64,000 bases of DNA from Segatella copri (GTDB lineage: Bacteria > Bacteroidota > Bacteroidia > Bacteroidales > Bacteroidaceae), in assembly GCA_021635485.1 (NCBI GenBank), contig JAJWOH010000002.1, positions 5,523 through 69,522 of the forward strand, read 5' to 3'. A model generated the notes under the pieces. That model had not been told where the DNA came from, did no database searches, and was given only the letters and a program-made list of their open reading frames with translations. Below are positions 1-9,696 of this stretch, one piece after another (the stretch's first letter is position 1; each line of letters starts with the position of its first letter). The translations under genes and the position numbers were made by a program.

Positions 1-681
1 GGTATCATCAAGCCACAGATTCCTGTCGTTATTGGCGAATGGACCGAAGAGACCCAACCTGTATTCATCAAGAAAGCCCATGAGCAGAATTCTCCTATCC
101 ATTTTGCACATGCAACTGACGCAGACATGAACTTCGAACTGAAAGGCAACTATCAGAAAAAGAACTACTGCACCATATCCGCAGCCGTAGAATGCCTGAA
201 GGAAGAAGGAATAGAAATCAAAGATGAAAGCATAAAGAACGGCTTCGAACATGTATGCGAGCTGACAGGCTTACGTGGCAGATGGGAAAAACTCAACGAG
301 CACCCTCTCACCATCTGTGATACGGGACATAACCTTGCCGGATGGGAGTATCTGGAACCTCAGATTGCATCCGTCAAAGCCGATACGAAACATATTGTCT
401 TCGGAATGGTTGATGACAAAGATGTAGAGCATGTAATGGGACTATTAGAAAAGTTGCCAAAAGAAAGCACGATTTTCTATTGGACACAGCCATCAACAAA
501 AAGAGCGATACCGGTAGACAAATTATACGGATACGCACAAAAGCACGGCTTGAACGGAACATGCTATCAAACTATCTCACAAGCATTTAACGCAGCTGTA
601 TCAAACGCAAAAAAAGATGATTTTATCTTTATTGGCGGATCAAGTTACGTCGTTGCCGATTTGCTATCAGAATCATTTTAG
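1..681 (+). CDS. folC: Folylpolyglutamate synthase/dihydrofolate synthase, C-terminal part (starts upstream of window)
   Basis: Frame open from base 1 (GIIKPQIPVVIGE); motifs GRWE, CDTGHN, GMVDDKD, IFIGGSSYVVA. Confidence 0.92.
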   Translation, partial: GIIKPQIPVVIGEWTEETQPVFIKKAHEQNSPIHFAHATDADMNFELKGNYQKKNYCTISAAVECLKEEGIEIKDESIKNGFEHVCELTGLRGRWEKLNEHPLTICDTGHNLAGWEYLEPQIASVKADTKHIVFGMVDDKDVEHVMGLLEKLPKESTIFYWTQPSTKRAIPVDKLYGYAQKHGLNGTCYQTISQAFNAAVSNAKKDDFIFIGGSSYVVADLLSESF

Positions 682-792
682 GATTTTTTAAATCAAAAAG
701 TTCATAAAATATTTGTAATACTCATTTTTTTTTAGTTACTTTGCAGTACATTACTTAAACCAAAGTAAGGTAACTAAAAAAAGTGAGATATT

Positions 793-1878
793 ATGAATAC
801 AGAACCAGCAAATAAGTGTGGTTTGAAAAGAGAAGATTTTCAGACCACAGTGAATGGCAAGAAGACTGATCTCTTCGTGTTAAGAAACAAGCAAGGCAAC
901 GAAGTTGCAGTGACTAACTATGGTGGAGCAGTCGTAGCCATCATGATGCCTGACAAGGATGGCAACTATGCCAACCTCATCCAGGGTCATGACAACATAC
1001 AGGACGTCATCAACTCACCAGAGCCATTCTTGAGTGTGCTCATCGGTCGTTATGGCAACCGTATTAAAGAAGGCAAGTTCATACTTCACGGCAAGGAGTA
1101 TCACTTGGCATGCAACGATGGTCCCAACCACCTGCATGGTGGACCTACAGGTTTCCACACCAAAGTTTGGGATGCAACCCGCATGAGTGATAGCGCTGTC
1201 GTATTGAAATACACGAGCCCTTATGGTGAAGAAGGCTTCACTGGTGAGTTGACAGTTTGGGTAGCTTACACATTGACCGACGACAATGAGTTCGTTATCA
1301 AGTATCAGGCTACAACCAACAAGACAACCATCTGCAACCTGACACATCACGCTTTCTTCTCAATCCAAGGTATTGCTAATCCTACCCCAACAGTTGACAA
1401 TATCATCTGTGAGGTAAACGCAAACTACTATCTCCCTATTGATGAGTATTCTATCCCTACAGGTGAGATTTTGAAGGTTGAGGGCACACCATTCGATTTC
1501 CGTACACCAAAGCCAATTGGTCAGGACATCAATGCAGACAACGAGCAGATCAAGAATGGTCAGGGCTATGACCACAACTATGTATTGAACAAGACAGAAG
1601 AAGGCGAGTTGAGTTTCGCTGCCCGCATAAAAGACCCTGTAAGCTGCCGTACCATGGAGGTTTATACCACAGAACCAGGTTTGCAGATGTACACAGGTAA
1701 TTTCCTTGCAGGTATCTCAGGACAGTTTGGTGCAACATTCCCACGTCGCAGTGCAGTCTGCTTCGAGGCACAGAAGTTCCCAGACACTCCAAATCACACC
1801 TATTTCCCAAGTTGCAGATTAAATCCGGGTGAAACATACACCCAGAAGACAATCTATAAGTTTGGAATTGACAAATAA
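793..1878 (+). CDS. galM: Aldose 1-epimerase (galactose mutarotase), cytoplasmic
   Basis: GRYGNRI, HLHGG, NLTHH, GYDHN, QMYTGN, CFEAQ motifs; no signal peptide; clustered with galK. Confidence 0.93.
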   Translation: MNTEPANKCGLKREDFQTTVNGKKTDLFVLRNKQGNEVAVTNYGGAVVAIMMPDKDGNYANLIQGHDNIQDVINSPEPFLSVLIGRYGNRIKEGKFILHGKEYHLACNDGPNHLHGGPTGFHTKVWDATRMSDSAVVLKYTSPYGEEGFTGELTVWVAYTLTDDNEFVIKYQATTNKTTICNLTHHAFFSIQGIANPTPTVDNIICEVNANYYLPIDEYSIPTGEILKVEGTPFDFRTPKPIGQDINADNEQIKNGQGYDHNYVLNKTEEGELSFAARIKDPVSCRTMEVYTTEPGLQMYTGNFLAGISGQFGATFPRRSAVCFEAQKFPDTPNHTYFPSCRLNPGETYTQKTIYKFGIDK

Positions 1879-1891
1879 ATCAGAATAAATC

Positions 1892-1930
1892 ATGGGGCAG
1901 GTACTCTCTAAACAGCACTTGCTCCATTTT
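1892..1930 (+). terminator. Stem-loop with short U tail after galM
   Basis: ATGGGGCAGGT...ACTTGCTCCAT then TTT. Confidence 0.5.
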
Positions 1931-2132
1931 CGCGCTTGAATGACAAAACTCATCCAGCGCGACAACAATCTTAAAGAGAAGTCTTAACGTCTCTATAGAA
2001 GAAACAACCTCTTAGAAGAAAAGAGTAGCAACCTCTTTACCATAAAAGAGAATCAATAACCTCTTCAAAAAGAGTATAAACAAGCTTTTCGCAAATAATA
2101 ATAACAAATAACAATATCAACTATCAAAAAAA

Positions 2133-3458
2133 ATGGAAAACCAAAGTAAAAATGGCAATATCATCGCCATTATCACGATGATGTTCCTCTACGCCATGAT
2201 TTCGTTCGTAACGAACTTGGCTGCTCCTATCGGAGTTATTTGGAAAAATGTATTCGCTGACAGCGGAAGTGCTAACATGATCGGTATGTTGGGTAACGCC
2301 ATGAACTTCTTGGCTTACCTCTTCATGGGTATCCCTGCAGGTAAGTTGCTCACCAAGATCGGTTACAAGAAGACAGCCCTCACCGGTATCGCTACCGGAT
2401 TCGTAGGCGTGCTCATCCAGTTCCTTTCCGGTAAGTTCGGTGCCGACATCTCAGGCTTCGCCGTTTACCTCTTCGGTGCGTTCATCTCAGGTTTCGCAGT
2501 TTGTATTTTGAATACTGTTGTAAACCCAATGTTGAACCTCATCGGTGGTGGTGGTAACCGCGGTAACCAGTTGAACCTCATCGGTGGTACATTGAACAGT
2601 TTATCCGGAACTTTAACCCCAATGCTCGTAGGTGCCCTTATCGGTACTGTTACTGCTAATACCAAAATGGTAGATGTGAACCTCGTGCTTTACATTGCCC
2701 TTGCCGTATTCGCAGCAGCATTCGTTATCTTGAACTTCATCCCTATCCAGGATCCAGAGATGGGTAAGACTACAGACAAGACTGTATTCGAGCATTCACC
2801 ATGGGCTTTCCGCCACTTCAACCTCGGCGTTATCGCAATCTTCGTTTATGTAGGTGTTGAGGTAGGCATTCCTGGAACATTGAACTTCTACATTTCTGAT
2901 ACAACAGCAAATGGTGGTGGTTTCATCAATGGTACAGCCTTGGCAAATGCAGCAGCTATCGGTGGTTTCGTTGCAGGTACATACTGGCTTCTGATGCTGG
3001 TTGGTCGTCTTTGCTCCAGTTTTATTGCTGACAAGGTATCTAGCCGCATGATGATGATGATTGCCAATGGTGCAGGTATGATCTTTATCGTCCTCGCCGT
3101 ACTTCTCGGCAAGTCAACAACAGTAGAAATGCCTGTATTTACAGGTACATCATTCCAGATGGTAACAGTGCCTATCGCTGCCATGTTCCTGGTACTCTGC
3201 GGTCTCTGCACTTCTATCATGTGGTCTTCTATCTTCAACCTCGCTACCGAGGGTCTTGGCAAGTATACAGCCCAGGCTTCAGGTATCTTCATGATGATGG
3301 TAGTAGGTGGCGGATTGATGCCATTGGTACAGAACTTCATCGCAGACAACGCTGGCTATATGGCTAGTTACATTGTGCCTCTCATCTGTATGGCATACAT
3401 GTTCTTCTATGCTGTAGCTGGTTGCAAGAACATCAACAAGGATATTCCTGTTGATTAA
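2133..3458 (+). CDS. MFS sugar permease, FucP/GluP family (probable galactose/glucose transporter)
   Basis: About 12 hydrophobic segments; IFVYVGVEVG and SIMWSSIF motifs; lies between galM and galK. Confidence 0.85.
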   Translation: MENQSKNGNIIAIITMMFLYAMISFVTNLAAPIGVIWKNVFADSGSANMIGMLGNAMNFLAYLFMGIPAGKLLTKIGYKKTALTGIATGFVGVLIQFLSGKFGADISGFAVYLFGAFISGFAVCILNTVVNPMLNLIGGGGNRGNQLNLIGGTLNSLSGTLTPMLVGALIGTVTANTKMVDVNLVLYIALAVFAAAFVILNFIPIQDPEMGKTTDKTVFEHSPWAFRHFNLGVIAIFVYVGVEVGIPGTLNFYISDTTANGGGFINGTALANAAAIGGFVAGTYWLLMLVGRLCSSFIADKVSSRMMMMIANGAGMIFIVLAVLLGKSTTVEMPVFTGTSFQMVTVPIAAMFLVLCGLCTSIMWSSIFNLATEGLGKYTAQASGIFMMMVVGGGLMPLVQNFIADNAGYMASYIVPLICMAYMFFYAVAGCKNINKDIPVD

Positions 3459-3554
3459 TAACACGAAATAAATTAGCCCTAAGGCATATATAGTCTTAGG
3501 GCTAAATCATATAATCAAATCTTTAGTAACAACACAACAAAAACTTAACTAATT

Positions 3555-4715
3555 ATGGATATTGAAAAAGTAAGAAGCCGATTCATCAAGCATTTCGATG
3601 GTAAAACAGGTAACATCTACATGTCACCAGGTCGTATTAACTTGATTGGCGAGCATACCGATTATAATGGTGGATTTGTTTTCCCAGGTGCAGTAGATAA
3701 AGGTATTATGGCAGAAATCCGTCCTAACGGAACAGATACCGTCATGCTCTACTCTATCGACTTGAAGGACCGTGTAGAATTCAAGGTTAATGATCCTGAA
3801 GGTCCACGCGCTTCATGGGCGCGTTACATCTATGGTGTTTGCCAGGAGATGAAGGCATTGGGCGTTGACGTAAAGGGTTTCAATGCAGCATTCTATGGTG
3901 ATGTGCCTCTCGGTGCAGGTATGTCTTCTTCTGCTGCTCTTGAAAGCTGTTTTGCTTTTGCTTTAAACGACCTTTTTGGTGACAACAAGGTTTCTAAATG
4001 GGATCTCGTTCTCGCAGGTCAGGCTACTGAGCACAAGTATGTAGGTGTTAACTGCGGTATCATGGACCAGTTTGCTTCTGTTTTCGGCAAGGAAGGTAAG
4101 TTGATGCGCCTCGATTGCAACAGCCGCGAATTTGAATACTTCCCATTCGAGCCTAAGGGCTATAAACTCTGCCTGGTAAACTCTAAGGTAAAGCACGAGT
4201 TGGCAGGTTCTCCATACAACGACCGCCGCAACTCTTGTGAAAATGTTGTTAAGCACATTGCAGCAAAGCACCCAGAAGCTAAGTTCGAAACTCTCCGTGA
4301 TTGCACATGGGAGCAGTTGGAAGAGGTTCGCGCTGAGGTAGGCGAAGAGGATTACAGTCGCGCTCACTTCGTATTGGGCGAGAAAGACCGCGTATTGGCA
4401 GTCTGCGATGCTCTTGAGAAAGGCGACTACGAGACAGTAGGTCAGAAGATGTACGAGACTCACCACGGCTTGAGCAAGGAATACGAGGTAAGCTGCGAGG
4501 AACTCGACTTCTTAAACGATGTTGCTAAGGAGAATGGTGTTACTGGTAGCCGTATCATGGGCGGTGGCTTCGGTGGCTGCACCATCAACCTGGTAAAGGA
4601 CGATATCTACGACAAGTTCGTTGAGGACGTGACAGCTAAGTTCACAGCCAAATATGGTCACGCTCCAGAGATTTACCCTGTAATCATCTCTGAGGGGTCT
4701 CACAAGGTTTGCTAA
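3555..4715 (+). CDS. galK: Galactokinase
   Basis: PGRINLIGEHTDYNGG signature; GHMP motifs GAGMSSSAA, CGIMDQF, GGGFGGC. Confidence 0.97.
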   Translation: MDIEKVRSRFIKHFDGKTGNIYMSPGRINLIGEHTDYNGGFVFPGAVDKGIMAEIRPNGTDTVMLYSIDLKDRVEFKVNDPEGPRASWARYIYGVCQEMKALGVDVKGFNAAFYGDVPLGAGMSSSAALESCFAFALNDLFGDNKVSKWDLVLAGQATEHKYVGVNCGIMDQFASVFGKEGKLMRLDCNSREFEYFPFEPKGYKLCLVNSKVKHELAGSPYNDRRNSCENVVKHIAAKHPEAKFETLRDCTWEQLEEVRAEVGEEDYSRAHFVLGEKDRVLAVCDALEKGDYETVGQKMYETHHGLSKEYEVSCEELDFLNDVAKENGVTGSRIMGGGFGGCTINLVKDDIYDKFVEDVTAKFTAKYGHAPEIYPVIISEGSHKVC

Positions 4716-4740
4716 TATATACATTATATATAATATAAGG

Positions 4741-4776
4741 AACTGCAGTTAGTATTTGCTAACTGCAGTTTTTTTT
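4741..4776 (+). terminator. Intrinsic terminator after galK
   Basis: AACTGCAGTTAG...CTAACTGCAGTT followed by T run. Confidence 0.85.
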
Positions 4777-4812
4777 GTCCCAAATAAGACAAAAACAGGC
4801 GTTTTCATACAA

Positions 4813-4833
4813 ATAGTGTTAAAAAGACACTTT
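4813..4833. promoter_or_regulatory. Candidate AraR (NrtR/NUDIX family) operator
   Basis: Palindrome AGTGT-taaaaag-ACACT upstream of the first ara gene; resembles GTGT-N7-ACAC sites of Bacteroides AraR; cognate regulator encoded in the cluster. Confidence 0.7.
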
Positions 4834-4926
4834 AGGAGAAAAAAAGTTAGGGAAAACGCTTGCAGATTCGAAATAAAATTGTAATTTTACACCCAAAATG
4901 AATAGACAATAAAAAACAGCCTAAAA

Positions 4927-6114
4927 ATGAGTACATTTAAGACCCTATTTATGGGAGTTGGTTTTGCGGCTATCGCTACCCTCTCAGCTTGTTCATCAAG
5001 CAGCAATGCAAGTCTCACACAATCTGGTTTGAATCCAGCAGATTTCGATTCAACAGTATTGGGCAAGAAGACTGAGTTAGTAACTCTCAAGAATGCAAAC
5101 GGCATGGAAGTTTGCCTCACCAATTATGGTGGACGTGTCGTTTCCATTTCCGTTCCAGACAAGAACGGAAAGCCAACAGATGTGGTTCTTGGTTACGATA
5201 ATATCCATCAGTATGCTGACACCCTTAACTCTCCTTCAGATTATGGTTCTTCTGTAGGACGTTATGCCAACCGTATCAAGGATGCTAAACTTTCACTTGC
5301 TGGTTCAACCTATCAGTTGAAGGCAAATGATAATGGCAACTGCCTGCATGGTGGTGGTGCTACAGGATGGTTGAACCAGGTTTACGACATCACAGAGAAG
5401 AACGACTCATCTGTTACCTTCACCATCAATGCGAAGGATGGCGAGAATGGTTTCCCTGGCAACGTAACAGCAACAGCCAAGTATACTGTAAAGAGTGACA
5501 ACACTCTCGACATCGAATTTGGCGCAACAACAGACAAGGAGACCGTTGTCAATATGACCAACCACAGTTACTTCAACTTGAACGGCGATCCATCTAAGGA
5601 AGGTTTCGATCAGGTAATGTACATCAATGCAGATAAGTTTACTCCTGCAGATTCACTTTACATCCCTACTGGTGAAATCAAGGACGTAGAAGGAACTCCA
5701 ATGGACTTCCGTACACCTGCAGAAATCGGCAAGAAGGTAGATTATAACTTTGACCAGATTAAGAACGCCACAGGTTACGACCACAACTGGTGTTTGAACA
5801 CATATAAGGACGGCAAGGGCGATGACAAAACTGTTTGCGCAAGCCTCTACTCTCCAAAGAGCGGAATCCTCCTCGAAGTTTTCACCAACGAGCCAGGTAT
5901 TCAGGTCTACACTGGTAATTTCCAGGGCACAGGTATTGCCTGCAAGCATGGCATCAAGTATCCTAAACACGTAAGCGTTTGCTTCGAGAGCCAGAAATAT
6001 CCTGATTCTCCAACCAAGATTGCTCAGGGTGTAAAGGATTGGACAGATGCCACATTGAAGCCAGGAGAGAAATACTATTCTCACCTCGCTTACAAATTCA
6101 GCGTTAAAAAGTAA
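4927..6114 (+). CDS. Aldose 1-epimerase, lipoprotein form (probable arabinose mutarotase)
   Basis: Lipobox LSA-C; GRYANRI, LHGG, NMTNHSYFNL, GYDHN, CFESQ motifs. Confidence 0.88.
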   Translation: MSTFKTLFMGVGFAAIATLSACSSSSNASLTQSGLNPADFDSTVLGKKTELVTLKNANGMEVCLTNYGGRVVSISVPDKNGKPTDVVLGYDNIHQYADTLNSPSDYGSSVGRYANRIKDAKLSLAGSTYQLKANDNGNCLHGGGATGWLNQVYDITEKNDSSVTFTINAKDGENGFPGNVTATAKYTVKSDNTLDIEFGATTDKETVVNMTNHSYFNLNGDPSKEGFDQVMYINADKFTPADSLYIPTGEIKDVEGTPMDFRTPAEIGKKVDYNFDQIKNATGYDHNWCLNTYKDGKGDDKTVCASLYSPKSGILLEVFTNEPGIQVYTGNFQGTGIACKHGIKYPKHVSVCFESQKYPDSPTKIAQGVKDWTDATLKPGEKYYSHLAYKFSVKK

Positions 6115-6296
6115 GCTTAAGTTAGTTTAAAAGTTAGCGAACCGGCGGATAAAGTCCGCCGGAACAGCTAACATCCAACAAGAAGTTTTTGCAATGACAA
6201 AAAACGAAATGTGCTGGATAAGAAACTAACATAATAAGCATCCAATAAAAGAAAAGAATAAATAAATAATAATAAACAAACAATCTTATAGTAATT

Positions 6297-8021
6297 ATGA
6301 ATTGGAATTCAACAGAATTCGTATGGCTTGATTGGGCTGTACTCGCCATTGGTGTAATCGGCGTGATTTGGGCTGTCTGGCATGCGATTGTGAAAGACAG
6401 AAAGGCTCAGAAAGGTGAAGACTCTTCTGCTTATCTCTTCGGTAAGGGTGAGCCATGGTATGTAATCGGTATGGCTATCTTTGCAGCCAACATCGGTTCT
6501 GAGCACCTCGTTGGTCTTGCAGGTACCGGTGCCAAGAGTGGTGTCGGTATGGCACACTGGGAGATGCAGGGTTGGATGATCCTCATCCTCGGTTGGTTGT
6601 TCGTACCATTCTATCAGTTGCTCATCAATAAGATGGGTAAGATCATCACTATGCCTGACTTCCTGAAGTTCCGCTATACCCAGCGCACAGGTTCATGGCT
6701 CTCTATCATCACCCTCGTAGCTTACATCCTTACTAAGGTGAGTGTTACAGCCCTTACAGGTGGTATCTTCTTCGAATATCTTTGGGGCTTGAACTTCTGG
6801 GTTGGTGCCATCGGCTTGATTATCCTCACCACCATCTTCACCGTATTCGGTGGTATGAAGGGTGTGATGACATTGTCAACTATCCAGACTCCTATCCTCG
6901 TCATCGGTTCTTTCCTCGTACTCTTCCTCGGTCTCTCTACCCTTGGCGGTGGCAGCATCGCTGCTGGTTGGGCCGACATGATGGATTACTGCGGCAAGTT
7001 GAACAACGGCTACGGTACAACCCACATGTTCCACTGGGAGGCAGGCGATTCTATGTATCAGGAGTATCCTGGTTTCGTAGTATTCATCGGTGCAACCATC
7101 ATCGGTTTCTGGTACTGGTGTACTGACCAGCACATCGTTCAGCGTGTACTCGGTCAGGTTCCTGGCGAGAGCAACGTAGAGGTTATGAAGCGTGCTCGCC
7201 GCGGTACAATCGCAGCCGGTTTCTTCAAGGTTCTCCCTTGCTTCATGTTCCTCATTCCAGGTATGATTGCAGCAGCCTTGGCTCAGAAGGGCGCTATCCA
7301 GATGAACGAGACTGACGCAGCCTTCGCCATCATGGTTAAGACCGTTCTTCCTGCAGGTATCAAGGGTATCGTAACAATCGGTTTCATCTGCGCATTGGTT
7401 GCTTCATTGGCAGCATTCTTCAATAGCTGTGCTACCCTCTTCACTGAGGACTTCTACAAGCCATTGAAGAAGGGTATGTCTGAGGCTCACTACGTACTCG
7501 TTGGCCGTATCGCTACCGTAGTAGTTGTAGTTCTTGGTTTCGCATGGTTGCCAATCATGATGAAGATGGATACATTGTACAACTATCTCCAGGGTATCCA
7601 GTCACTCCTGGCTCCAGCCATGGTAGCCGTATTTGCAATGGGTATCTTCTTCAAGAAGATTACTCCAAAGGCAGGTGAATACACCATGATTACAGGTTTC
7701 CTCATCGGTATGCTCCGCCTCGTTACCAATGTGATTACTGACACAGGTAAGGCAACAATGGATGGTGCATTCTGGGATTACACCGCATGGTTCTGGCAGA
7801 CCAACTGGCTCGTATTCGAGTGCTGGTTGCTCGTATTCCTCATCATCTTCATGGTAGTAGTAAGCTGCTTTACTCCAGCTCCAAGCAAGGAGCAGGTAGA
7901 GGCAATCACCTTCACATCAGACTTCAAGAAGTCTATCCGTGAGAGTTGGAGTGCCTTCGATATTATCGGTACCCTCGTAGTAATCGGCCTCTGCGCAGCA
8001 TTCTACGCATACTTCTGGTAA
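6297..8021 (+). CDS. Sodium:solute symporter (SSS family), probable arabinose transporter
   Basis: AANIGSEHLVGLAG, WYWCTDQHIVQRVL motifs; many TM helices; ara context. Confidence 0.9.
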   Translation: MNWNSTEFVWLDWAVLAIGVIGVIWAVWHAIVKDRKAQKGEDSSAYLFGKGEPWYVIGMAIFAANIGSEHLVGLAGTGAKSGVGMAHWEMQGWMILILGWLFVPFYQLLINKMGKIITMPDFLKFRYTQRTGSWLSIITLVAYILTKVSVTALTGGIFFEYLWGLNFWVGAIGLIILTTIFTVFGGMKGVMTLSTIQTPILVIGSFLVLFLGLSTLGGGSIAAGWADMMDYCGKLNNGYGTTHMFHWEAGDSMYQEYPGFVVFIGATIIGFWYWCTDQHIVQRVLGQVPGESNVEVMKRARRGTIAAGFFKVLPCFMFLIPGMIAAALAQKGAIQMNETDAAFAIMVKTVLPAGIKGIVTIGFICALVASLAAFFNSCATLFTEDFYKPLKKGMSEAHYVLVGRIATVVVVVLGFAWLPIMMKMDTLYNYLQGIQSLLAPAMVAVFAMGIFFKKITPKAGEYTMITGFLIGMLRLVTNVITDTGKATMDGAFWDYTAWFWQTNWLVFECWLLVFLIIFMVVVSCFTPAPSKEQVEAITFTSDFKKSIRESWSAFDIIGTLVVIGLCAAFYAYFW

Positions 8022-8225
8022 AATATTATTCACGTCAGGAGTAAGAAGTGAGGAGTCTGGAATTTTCTCAAAGATCAGACAAAACAGTTTCTGTTGAAAA
8101 AATCCGCGATCCTTTCTTCTCCTTCTTACTCCTTGATTTTCCTCTCGAAGCTGCTCTATGAAGAGCAAGCAAAAGAACACAACTATACATACATTGAATC
8201 ATTACATCAAAACAGCAGAAAGACC

Positions 8226-8906
8226 ATGACCCAGTTTTATAATGAATACTCCAAAGTATTAGTATCCGTCGATTGTATCATTTTCGGTTTCGACGGTAGT
8301 AACCTCCAGGTACTGATAGGCAAACGCAAGATGGACCCGGGAAGAGGCGAATGGTCACTCTATGGTGGTTTCGTTGGCGCAACAGAAAATCTCGAAGATG
8401 CAGCTAACAGAGTCATCCTGGAACTTACTGGAATGAAAAACCTCTATATAAGACAAGTAGGAGCTTTCGGCCGCATCGACCGTGACCCAGGTGAGCGAGT
8501 TATCTCTATCGCCTATTGCACTCTCATCAATGTGAAAGACTATGATGACAGCCTCCGTGTAGAACACGGATTGGAATGGGTTAGTCTGAACGAACTTCCA
8601 GAACTTTACTCAGACCACAAACTCATGATCCGCAACGCTATCGCACAGATACGCCGCCGCATCAATCATGAGCCATTAAGCTTCAAACTCCTCCCAGACC
8701 TCTTTACGCTGACACAGCTTCAGCACGTATTCGAGGCAGTAATAGGCGAAGAGATTGATAAGCGCAACTTCCGCAAACGCGTGAAGGATATCGACTTCAT
8801 CGAGAAAACAGAACTCATCGATAAAGTCAACTCGAAACGAGGCGCCGCCCTCTACCGCTTCAACAAGAAAGCATACGAGGAAGACCCATCGTTCAACTTG
8901 AAATAG
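8226..8906 (+). CDS. araR: NUDIX-domain/wHTH transcriptional regulator (NrtR family), AraR
   Basis: VSVDCIIFGF, WSLYGGFV, RDPGERVIS, FTLTQLQ, DKRNFRK, AALYRFN; ATG at 8226 preferred over the TTG at 8094. Confidence 0.88.
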   Translation: MTQFYNEYSKVLVSVDCIIFGFDGSNLQVLIGKRKMDPGRGEWSLYGGFVGATENLEDAANRVILELTGMKNLYIRQVGAFGRIDRDPGERVISIAYCTLINVKDYDDSLRVEHGLEWVSLNELPELYSDHKLMIRNAIAQIRRRINHEPLSFKLLPDLFTLTQLQHVFEAVIGEEIDKRNFRKRVKDIDFIEKTELIDKVNSKRGAALYRFNKKAYEEDPSFNLK

Positions 8907-8933
8907 AATAAACAACTTAAAACAAAAGATATT

Positions 8934-9632
8934 ATGTTAGAAGAATTAAAAGAAAAAGTGTTCAAGGCAAACCTTGATCTCGTTAAGCACAACCTCGTGC
9001 TCTTTACATGGGGTAATGTGAGTGGCATCGACCGCGAGAAAGGTCTGGTTGTCATCAAACCATCAGGCGTCGATTATGACACCATGAAGGCTAGCGACAT
9101 GGTAGTGGTAGACTTGGAAACAGGTAAGGTAGTAGAAGGCGATCTGAATCCATCATCTGATACACCAACCCACTTGGTTCTCTACCGAGCATTCCCAGAG
9201 TTGGGTGGCGTAGTTCATACTCACTCTACTTATGCTACCGCTTGGGCACAGGCTGGCTTGGACATCCCTAACATTGGTACAACTCATGCTGATTACTTCC
9301 ACGATTGCATCCCTTGCACAGATGCGATGACAGAGGATATGATGGCAGAATATGAGCACAACACAGGTGTTGTCATCGTTGACCGTTTCAAGAAAGATAA
9401 CATCAACCCAGTTCATACTCCTGGCGTATTGGTTAAGAACCATGGTCCTTTTACATGGGGTAAGGATGCTGACCAGGCTGTTTATCACGCAGTAGTAGCT
9501 GAACAGGTGGCAAAGATGGCTTTCATCTCATTCTCAGTAAATCCAAACACCACCATGAACCCATTGCTCGTAGAGAAGCACTTCAACCGCAAGCACGGCC
9601 CTAACGCTTACTACGGACAGAAAAAGCACTAA
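8934..9632 (+). CDS. araD: L-ribulose-5-phosphate 4-epimerase
   Basis: [34 protein letters not shown]. Confidence 0.97.
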   Translation: MLEELKEKVFKANLDLVKHNLVLFTWGNVSGIDREKGLVVIKPSGVDYDTMKASDMVVVDLETGKVVEGDLNPSSDTPTHLVLYRAFPELGGVVHTHSTYATAWAQAGLDIPNIGTTHADYFHDCIPCTDAMTEDMMAEYEHNTGVVIVDRFKKDNINPVHTPGVLVKNHGPFTWGKDADQAVYHAVVAEQVAKMAFISFSVNPNTTMNPLLVEKHFNRKHGPNAYYGQKKH

Positions 9633-9696
9633 TCAACAGTGCTTCAAATAAAGATAATAAATCACATAACAATAACAATTAATACAACAAACAATC

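Noticed and set aside
8094..8225. N-terminal extensions in the ORF track (araR; likewise abfA 12871, rpiB 16745, leuB 46393, ftsK 58874)
   Set aside because: They cross hairpins, repeats or promoters; downstream ATGs with A-rich leaders match the family N-termini
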